From Tubulanus polymorphus (lineage: Eukaryota > Animalia > Nemertea): a stretch of 64,000 nucleotides of DNA. The position numbers and the translations under genes are program-made. The stretch is from contig NC_134029.1 of the NCBI RefSeq assembly GCF_964204645.1, positions 2,914,001 through 2,978,000 of the forward strand, written 5' to 3'. Within the stretch, counting starts at the first letter, position 1; each line of letters starts with the position of its first letter. Below are positions 54,801-64,000 of this stretch, in pieces. The notes beneath the pieces were generated by a model. That model was not told the origin of the DNA. It searched no databases and saw nothing but the letters and a program-made list of their open reading frames with translations.

Positions 54801-56323
54801 TGCATAAATACTGTCTGAAAATGTTGAAAGATTCTGTGAAATATGACATTTGAGTAGTCTGACATTATTCCAGTCTGGTTGTAGTGATATTTGTGCGAAC
54901 AACGCAGTTTTTATAGGTTTATTTAGCGGTTCATGTATTTAGAGTGAATGTGAAAAATGAAGCCAAATTGACACTTAACTCATAAATTTATACTTATTGA
55001 TTACATTAGTTCAATATGTTTTATAGCATATATAACTCTGTGCTGTGACATCAGGTTTGATGGTAATTTATTCTCAAATCCCCACCATAATTTTTGAGAT
55101 TTGTAACTCTTAAGAACAGCTCATGATTTGGGATTTCTCCACGAATTGGTTGTTTGAAAGTGGATTTTTGAATGGACCAGAAAGAGATCTTGTTTAATAT
55201 TACTGATTATTTGGTGCAGCATTTTGTAATAATATCATCCAAATATTATATATCTTTTACAGTTGCATACTTATGCATCATAGGCAATGACTGTATTTCA
55301 TCGGAGACCAAACTGGACTTTAGAGGTGTTAATCAACTGATATATATGTATGAATCTCACATAACTTATTAATGTCATTCGATGAGCTCGAGTAGGTTCG
55401 CTGACACATCATTAATAAGTCAAGTAGGAATTGCTCTTCTAGAAAGGTCGCTGCTTAAGACAAATAGCTCTAAAAACTAAGAATATATTTGTTTGAATTT
55501 GCTTGCGTAGCCTCACCCCTTGAAAGTGGGATTAATCATACTCTATTCAAATGTGTGTATATTCTTTGTTCAGCCTTCTGTCAATCACTTGCTATGGATA
55601 TAATATTAATAAGCAGTTGTTTTATGCAATGTCGCCACCCGATATCTTATAATCATGCATGAAAAAATTTGAAAAATAAAAATGGCAAAAAGTGCTGTAT
55701 CTATGGTGTTGAATTGTCAGTGTTTGATTGTTATTTTACGTTTGTCCTTCATCTGGTCGCGCACTCCGGACCTACCATATATCCTGTCTCTTCATATCAA
55801 TACTTGTTACTGCTGTCTAACCCGCTCAATTCGTGTCACATTATTCCAGATATTCATTCGAATTATGTACAAAACTTCCTCTCTTTTCCATCCATGATAT
55901 ACTATTTTTCGAGAAAATAATCAATATAAAATATAAACAGCCATTGTCCTCTCTCGATCCCGAGACATCATCCGACAGTAGAGAAACCAGCAACCACAAC
56001 AAACATTGTTAAACAACTGGGTAATCTTTTAACTTAAATTAGTAATATTTATTACGTATCAATATTTTACGTGCCGCCTTCATGAACAGATTGAAGCCAA
56101 ATTAAAACACATTCAGAAAACACTAATTACTGGTAACAGTAAGTGACATCGTTCCGCTGATATTTAAAACATGATGAGTTCACTTAAATCCAGCACACGC
56201 TTCACAAGCACGAAATATGTAATTGTTTAAAAATGTCTTCTATCCTATAACTAATCACAGTCGATGAAGAGAAAGATGATGCTGATGATGATGATGAAAG
56301 GATTCGTAGTGTAAGAGGATTCA

Positions 56324-56424
56324 TTAACCGCTATCTTCTTTTTTATTTTTGTCGAGCCATTGTTCGTTCAAAATAGTCCGTAATTGCGCAACAAGATCAT
56401 CTTTATCATCTACACACAGGCGCC
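56324..56424 (-). CDS. DNAJA3: Candidate alternative last exon of DNAJA3 (GRLCVDDKDDLVAQLRTILNEQWLDKNKKEDSG*)
   Basis: Acceptor TTTTTGTAG at 56425, phase 1 matching the donor at 56920, open to TAA at 56324. Minus-strand AATAAA near 56050. Confidence 0.6.
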
Positions 56425-56602
56425 CTACAAAAACCATATAATGAACATTCGTTATTCAATTGACAATAAAATCTACCGGTAAAAAAAAATTCTTCTAAAT
56501 AAGTATTCAATTATGGGGCAATAATCTGTAGCTGTAGACTGCCTAGTAAAGCCAAGAGTAAAGAACAGAACTGCCTACCTATTAAACTAAGTTATATCTA
56601 TG

Positions 56603-59600
56603 TCAGCCAAAGATTTTCTTCTTCATTTTTGTAAGGAATCCATCATTAGAACTGGATTCGGGACTATTTTTGCCTTCATCATCGTTACCTGCGGTTGTAT
56701 AAGACAATAATAACGATCAACTTTTAACCGAACTGAACTCGTAGAAAATATCTTAGGGGTTTCAGTGTATTGAACGAATTTGACTTTCGGATTATCGATT
56801 AACAGAACCTTCAAGAAAACTAATCGTAACAAGTTTTACTGACTAAATTTTGATGAAACTGTGCGAAGAATATCTTTGGCCGAGAATTCGATTCCGTGTA
56901 TTAAGATGCGCGAGTTTTACCTGCTGAGGTTTGAGCTATACCATTTACTGCACCATTCACATCAGTTTCAGTTTCAGCATAAGCTTGTATCAACGCCTTT
57001 TGTTTATTTGACAATTTACTGGAAAAAAACCCCATCAATTCATCAACTATAGAAATAACTTCATCCGTGTATATACATATATCGCAATTTTATTAAAAGT
57101 TAGATTTTAAATGATGAGAACAAACTGTTTGTGACTGCAAGGGACACTAGTTGGTGCTCGACAGGGAGCTGGACTGGTTCAAGAAAGGCGTCAGTGAAGC
57201 CATACAGATCAGGATCCACAGCCTTACCTCAAACGAGAGATAGATACCAGCTCCACCATGTTTGGAACAGTTCACTACGTATGCACTTGCATGTGAAGCG
57301 CATCGATGAAGATCGAATCGATTTGGATCAAAAGCTCAGGGCGAGTTTTAAATCCAATGAAATTGTGTATTTTCAACGTTTAAAGTTCATCCATCTATAA
57401 TTCATCACAGTATATCAGCATAAGTGATAATTTTACTGTTATTGAGAGTGAGACTTACGTCGGAACTTTGATGACGAAATAAATGTAGTGATCTCCGTAT
57501 CCGTAACTGTTTACACGACTAATACCTTTACCACCTAGACGTATCTTAGTATGTGACGACGTCCCAGCAGGAATCTGTAATAACATTAATATACCGAGTA
57601 ATATTTTGCAATTTCCTGCTTTATTTTGTAGTTACACTATAATTTAAGTCCAGGGCAGATCCGAAGGGATTAGAGCCTGAGTTACCTTAACATTGATATC
57701 ATCATAAACGCCGGGTACAATTACATTTCCACCGAGAATCGCTTGAGATAACGTAATTGCGACATCAGAATGTACATCAGCCCCTTCACGGCGGAAATCT
57801 TTACTTTTCGCTACCTACAAAAATAGCAACATAGTCTTATTCCATACCCATTTTGAGAAGTGAGATGTAGACCAGACTAGCTGATATCTCTAATTGTAGA
57901 ATTTTCAACAAAAAATCTGAATTATTTGACATAGAAAATAGTAGTTAAACTGAAAATGAACTAGAATCCATTCGCATTTTGAGAGAATATTGATATTCTC
58001 AGTAGTTGAGGTCTTAAGAAGAGTAAAAGCTAATCTCAAATAGTCAGGGTCTGCAGGAGACAGCAGAAACATGCAATACAGCCAACTAAACCCTTATAAA
58101 CTTAAACTTTCAATTAACTGCTATGCCAGGTTTTTTTTTGAGAATGATCTGAACAAGTAACAGTTAAACCCAGATACGTTATCACTCTCTCTCTTTATAA
58201 CACCACAATCCTAAATCATTGATTCGATGTGGCTTACAGTACATCGGGGATTAATTGTACTTACTTTTAACTGGACAAATAATTCATTTTTGCCCACATT
58301 AACACGAACGGTCTGTCCATCTTCAACACCTGAAAATAACAATAAGTAACAACTATCTTAATTATCTTAACAAATTCCATCAGAGATTCAATTTATCAGC
58401 GCTTCAACAAATAATAGGCACATGAAGCAAGTAGGTAGTACCAGCACTTACCAGCCGGTATTTTAACCATAACTTTCTTGCGTTGTAACGTGACACCTCG
58501 TCCGGAGCACTCCGTGCATGGAGTCGGAATAATAGTTCGTTTACCCATACATCGGCGACAAGTCGACTGCATCATGAAACTACCGAATGACGTCGTTTCC
58601 TACAATAGTGAATCATGTGTTTTAACAAGAGACGCGACATTCAATTACATATTCACCATGGAAAAGCGTCAATAAACTACCCGCCCGGATCCATTGCACT
58701 GAGGACACATAATTCTACGCGTGCCCGGTTCAGCTCCAGAACCATCACATTTCGGGCAAGTGTCTTTAGCGTTGATATTTATTTCCTTGTTGACTCCGCG
58801 AGCGGCTTGAGTGAAATTCAATTCTAACGTCACCTAAAATGACAAAACAAGAGTTTATGGATTAGATAATGACAAAACAAGAGTTTATGGATTAGATATT
58901 ATTGATGTAAAATTAGTCTTTCACGTTATAAAGAGCACGTTTTTAAACCCTGTTTTTTCCCAGCAGATGCAACTGGCGGGTACAATGGAGAGTTGCATCC
59001 AAAAATGGTCTTAAATTGTGAGACTGGACTTTAATATTAGATAAGCTTTAAAACAATAGATTGTTTTGGACTGGTCTTAAATCTAAGCGTAGCCTAGTTG
59101 GAACCGTACCCAAAAAAATTCAAAGAATGTTTTTTTTTCAGCTCACATTAATTCAACTATCTCAACCCATAATCAGTGAGAAAAGAATTATTCATCATAC
59201 CTCCATCGCTGCGGCAAATCCATGTTTCGAATCCTCGTAGCTTTCAAAATCAGAATACGACGAATTCATCCCAAAATCTTTGAAAAAATCGCGAAACAAA
59301 TCCTCTGCGGTGAAACCTGAAAAACATCATCGAAAAACAGTTTTCAAACTTAAAGAGAAAAATGCCTTCAATTCCAGGATTCTTCATACACCCCAAGATC
59401 ACAATCTAGTAACACGACTTTCTGTGACTTTTTTCAGCAAAATTCGACTCAATTTCACATTAGTCCATATTTCCTGACAGCGTGCTCACCTTTTTGTTGA
59501 CCACCTCGTCTCTGAGCAAATGGATTTTGATACGCGCCCTGACCAGGGAAGCCTTGTCCAAAGCCACCTGGGCCGCCCATTCCTGCTGACCCAAACGTAT

Positions 59601-60322
59601 CGTACTGTTTCCTTTTAGTTTCATCGGATAAAACCTGTATAAACAAAAATAAAATAATTCGATCTCAAACAATCTTGATTTCAATCGGCAAAAATCATAA
59701 ATACGTAACTTACTTCATAAGCTTCAGAGATTTCTTGGAATTTTTTCTGTGCGTTTGGCTCCTTGTTAACATCGGGGTGATATTTCTTTGCTAACTGTGC
59801 AAACGAAAGAAGATTAAATTCAATGAAACAAACCTAATTTTGTTTAATCAGGGTTTATCTTCATTCTATACCTGAAAATACGCCTTTTTTATGTCTTTCT
59901 GGGAAGCATTTTTAGATATTCCCAGAACATCGTAATGATCGAATGAAGGCGATGAAAGATGAAATAATCGCACATTCTTCGTGAAGAGGGTTAAACTACC
60001 CTGAAAACCTGCAGAAAAAATAAAAATAAAACATCGCTTTATACTTTTAACGAGATAATAAATAATCACACCATCATCGATCAGTAATTAGTTGATTGAA
60101 TAAATTAAATTTTATTAGGCTATAGATGTCATCATCAACACTAAAGAAGGTATTACCGAGTAATCTCTGATGTATTTTCTGGCTATGAATGCCAAATGAG
60201 TGAAACTGTTTTTTCAGTATTTGTTCGGTGATTTTGCTGTGATTCTGCCACGTTTCGGCGCATGGTAAATGTGATAATTTAGGTGTGATTAGAAATGAAC
60301 CCCGTCTCCACATGGCGGCCAT
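56603..60322 (-). CDS. DNAJA3: DnaJ homolog subfamily A member 3 (Tid1), mitochondrial; shown with the Tid1-L-like terminal exon
   Basis: Presequence [11 protein letters not shown] domain [33 protein letters not shown] region, CxxCxGxG zinc-finger repeats, [26 protein letters not shown]. Terminal exon 56603-56688 encodes [12 protein letters not shown]. Confidence 0.95.
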
Positions 60323-60584
60323 GTTGTTCAAGCGGATGAGTTTGGACTGAGAATCGGACGCTTTGCCCGGGAACCTGTCTTACACGGTGCGGCGTAGGAA
60401 AAATACTTGCCGCTCTCGCTCTCTCGATACTATTTTCGAATCGGAATTGATGACATTTCTTAATGTCGCGATATCAGTCAAAACACCCAGCAGGGTCGAA
60501 ACTTGGTGAAGCGCACAGCCGGAAAATCCAATTTCGTTTAGATTTAAGTTTAAGGCTCTATGGAAAGAAGCCCCTGAGACGACA

Positions 60585-60644
60585 TTGCTAGTTGCCAATT
60601 GCTAGTTGCTAGTTGCCAATTGCTAGTTACCAGTTGCGAGTTGA
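60585..60644. repeat. Degenerate 7-bp tandem repeat (TTGCTAG/TTGCCAA, about 8 units) upstream of DNAJA3
   Basis: TTGCTAGTTGCCAATTGCTAGTTGCTAGTTGCCAATTGCTAGTTACCAGTTGCGAGTTGAG is directly visible. Confidence 0.8.
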
Positions 60645-61061
60645 GCGTCAACAACTGTCAACGGGCCCAGTGTAAGGTGCAGTGTCGTATTGGTTTTGTC
60701 GTCGATTGCTATAATCGCATAAATTAAAAACTTAGTCGGCAGACCAGTTGGTGGGATTATTTTTTTGGTTGAAAAAGAAGTAGATTGCAAGAATAAAACA
60801 CAGGAGTTTCATAAAAAGGTTTTGACCCTTAAATCGATTTAATCTCAAATAATTCAGTTTATCTTAAACGATATAGTCCTCAATCCAGAATTTGCTGTAT
60901 TAAACTATACTAAACGAATGACAAATTTTGAAATCAATCATTCGTTTTAAAATCGCATTGAATAAAGCAAAACTATTTGTGCGTGAAATGATTTATTTAT
61001 CGAAAGATTGTTTCCATAATCGAGTGAGACTTTTGAATACTGATAATCGCAGAATCCACTG

Positions 61062-62438
61062 TCAGTTTTTTAGCTCGATTCTCCTCGTGGCATCAGTTTT
61101 CGTTTCTGGTTTTTTAGTCAAATGTTTCATCAATCCTGGAATCATGATCACAACACTTAGAATCTGCATCCCAGCACAGAAATAGAACGAATAGGCATAG
61201 TTCCCTGTTGCGTCGTATATCCAACCTGCGAATAAGGAATATCATCAAATTTATCTAAACATGTTTCTAAAATCTATCGTCTGAATTAACATTTTGGTAA
61301 TCATAATCGTTTGAATGAAATTCATTCGAAAACGTTATAAAATGGATGTTAGGATAGTTTTGTTGCATTCAGTAGACCTAGACCTACCTGCAGCAGGAGC
61401 ACCAAGTACATATCCAATTCCACTAAAAAACAGACTATATGAATATGACATGTACAAGTATTCACTTCCAAATAGCTGTAACGGGACCAGTACGTATAAA
61501 CTACTATATGCAGACAGAAAAACTCCAGTAGAAGCACTGACTACCAGGGCTGCTGTAAAACCCTTCAGAAATGGTAGTACACCGACTGGAATCGCAAGTA
61601 ACGCGTTGAGAATCATGTATAAGGTGAATGTATCGATCCTCGGATGTTTGGTCATCATCGAAAATACAACTCTTCCAACGAGCAATGCTATAGCTATGGC
61701 GGATAACGTAAATCTTGCTTGTTCTGTTGATATTTCGAGTAGAAATTTAGATCCTGATACAATATGTACATAGATCGTAGACACAGACAAGCACAAAATA
61801 AAAGAATGTATAACAAATGCCACAAACATTTTCCGTTTAAAAAGTTCTAGTTGGTAGAGATTGTGCTTTGCGTCTTTCTTTTGCCCCAAGAGCGATTCTT
61901 GATGCTCGTCTGGAGGATGTTGATTTCGATTTTGATTCTGATGTTTATCATTGGACCAATTACGAAACACGAGTCCAAGAGCGCATTGTTGGAATGAGAT
62001 ACCACCGATAATTAAACAGCCTCCTCGCCAACCGTACTCATTCAAACAGTAGTTGATGATGAAAGGGAAAACGAAGGTTCCTCCAGATCCACTCATACCC
62101 CGCAAAGCTTGAACCACTGCCACGTGATTCAGGAATCTGCATAATAGATATGGGCCCATGGCATTCATCAAAACTGCCAAACCACATCCTGAAAATAAGG
62201 TCGTATATATTGAAAATATTTTCCAAATTGAATTAGATGTAGATGAAAGCTCTTTAAATTGAATATTAGAAATATTCTTGTTTCAGAAATGTCTACCAGC
62301 GAGAACCCGAAGAGCTATAGCAACGTAGAAGTTGTATGCAAATGACGTCATTGTAATAGCAGTTGCGTTGATAACGGAGGCAATGAAGAAAACTTTGCAG
62401 AAACCAAATCTTTTGACCGCCAAGTTTCCAAACAGTGC
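61062..62438 (-). CDS. SLC16/monocarboxylate-transporter-like MFS protein, downstream copy; 5' exons not found, possibly a partial duplicate or pseudogene
   Basis: Exons about 62297-62438, 61388-62189 and 61062-61225. Motifs GSGGTFVFP, YGWRGGCLIIGGI, GAPAAGWIYDATGNYAYSFY. No exon encoding TM1-2 seen in 62439-63158. Confidence 0.75.
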
Positions 62439-63158
62439 TGAAAAGATATAGATTCCTAAAATCTTCATTGGTATGTATTTGCTCGATTTGTCCTCTTAAA
62501 TAATCATTTTATCGACGTCGAAACATACAAACTATGGACTTTGATGCCAGAAACGGTAACAATAATGAGTAAATATAATAATAACGGGTTGGCATTGTTT
62601 TGATCTCAGATCAGAGTACTGTAATTAACTTTGATCCGAATGTCCCCTCGTGGTATATTTCTGGGAATTGGTATCTTTTCGTCGAGAAAGGCCATCTGAT
62701 TCGACGCGTGAATTTCACATTGGACTGTCTATATGACCCACTCGCACTAACCATCTCGTGACTGTCTTCTAAAAGACATATATGGATTATACTTAGTGAT
62801 ATCACTCAGGTCAGATGCCCCGTACGCATGGCGTGTTCGACCCTGATCTCTCTTAATTAATGCTTTCTGCGGCATGTGAGTTATCACTTACGCCGCCGAT
62901 ACCAATGTTAAATACTTAGTTCGTTGCCCCATATATATCATTGACGGGGGTGAATTTATGAACTAATTCAGTATAAACATCACCACCGGACTGAATATTT
63001 CCCGCATTCAATAGCTTACTAAGCCTTAGTAAAATGAAGTTGGAGTGGGATTTCTGTTGATGGTTGGTCCATATTTGAATTTCCTCCTCATATGAAATAA
63101 TGATAGACAAAACAAAGCCCATGTTGTGCATTATATGGATTGATTGTTGTAACAAATA

Positions 63159-64000
63159 TCAAGTAAGGCTTTGAACACTGATTATATAATTTGCAGATTC
63201 AACTGTCAGTTTTTTAACTCGATTCTCATCATCATCAGTTTTCGTTTCTGATTTTTTAGTCAAATGTTTGATCAATCCTGGAATCATGATCACAACACTT
63301 AGAATCTGCATCCCAGCACAGAAATAGAACGAATAGGCATAGTTCCCTGTTGCATCGTATATCCAACCTGCGAATAAGGAATATCATATCAAACATGAGA
63401 TATTCCGTAGAAATATTTTTCTAAAATCTATCGTCTGAATTATCATTTTTGGTAATCATAACCATTTCAATAAAATCCATTCTAAGACTTAATGAGATGT
63501 ATTTTATGGGATAGTTTTATTGCGTTGAATAGACCTACCTGCAGCAGGAGCCCCAAGCAGATATCCAATTCCACTAAAAAACGTACTATATGAATATGAC
63601 ATGTACAAGCATTCACTTCCAAATAGCTGTAACGGAACCAGTACGTACAGACTACCAAAAGCAGACAGAAAGATCCCATTTGAAGCACTGGCTACCAGGG
63701 CTGCTGTATAACCCTTCAGAAATGGTAGTACACCAACTGGAATCGCAAGTAACGCGTTGAGAATCATGTATAAGGTGAATGTATCGATCCTCGGATGTTT
63801 GGTCATTATCGAGAATACAACTCTTCCAACAAGCAATGCTATAGCTATGGCGGATAACGTAAATCTTGATTGTTCTTTTGATATTTCTAGTAGAATTTTA
63901 GATCCTGATACAATATGTACATAGATCGTAGATACAGACAAGCACAATACGAAAGAATGTACAAGAAATGCTACGAACATTTTCCGTTTAAAAAGTTCTA
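63159..64000 (-). CDS. SLC16/MCT-like MFS protein, upstream copy (3' part only; continues off the right edge)
   Basis: Near-identical paralogous exons: about 63539 to beyond 64000 (LFKRKMFVAFLVHSF..GAPAAG) and 63159-63367 (WIYDATGNY...DDDENRVKKLTVESANYIISVQSLT*). Confidence 0.85.

Noticed and set aside
58838-58897. Exact 30-bp tandem duplication in a DNAJA3 intron
   Set aside because: Ordinary slippage duplication; the splice acceptor is unaffected.
62892-62932. ATG GGG CAA...MGQRTKYLTLVSAA|GTAAG as a first exon for the downstream MCT copy
   Set aside because: Its phase-2 donor does not match the phase-1 acceptor at 62439, and no bridging hydrophobic exon was found.

Overview
AT-rich, intron-dense genomic DNA from an animal, most likely a marine invertebrate (UBA6 retained, many 60-200 nt GT-AG introns); the taxon is an inference. 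Eleven gene models can be read by eye. In order: a secreted FN2/EGF-repeat gene (-, runs off the left edge, with at least 13 near-identical 120-nt EGF exons), LHFPL/TMHS (+), GBA2 (-), a small prag01/Deltameth_res (COX7B-like) gene (+), VPS36 (-), EFL1 (+), UBA6 (-), MAP1/futsch-like (+), DNAJA3/Tid1 (-), and two tandem SLC16/MCT-like copies (-). The first eight genes form four consecutive head-to-head pairs. The most notable signals are: (1) the homogenised EGF exon array, whose repeats carry Notch-type O-glycosylation consensus sites and three of which use rare GAG acceptors; (2) three candidate alternative C-termini of DNAJA3; (3) an MCT duplicate that lacks its own 5' exons and has a frameshifted tail; (4) a 1.46-kb inverted-repeat element in the VPS36/EFL1 promoter and a Merlin-like MITE with an intact 8-bp TSD; (5) an SQ/TQ-rich 18-aa repeat in MAP1 plus AP-1 and RFX motif clusters in its introns. 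No rRNA, intact tRNA or CRISPR array was seen. Exon boundaries were read manually and need RNA-seq confirmation.
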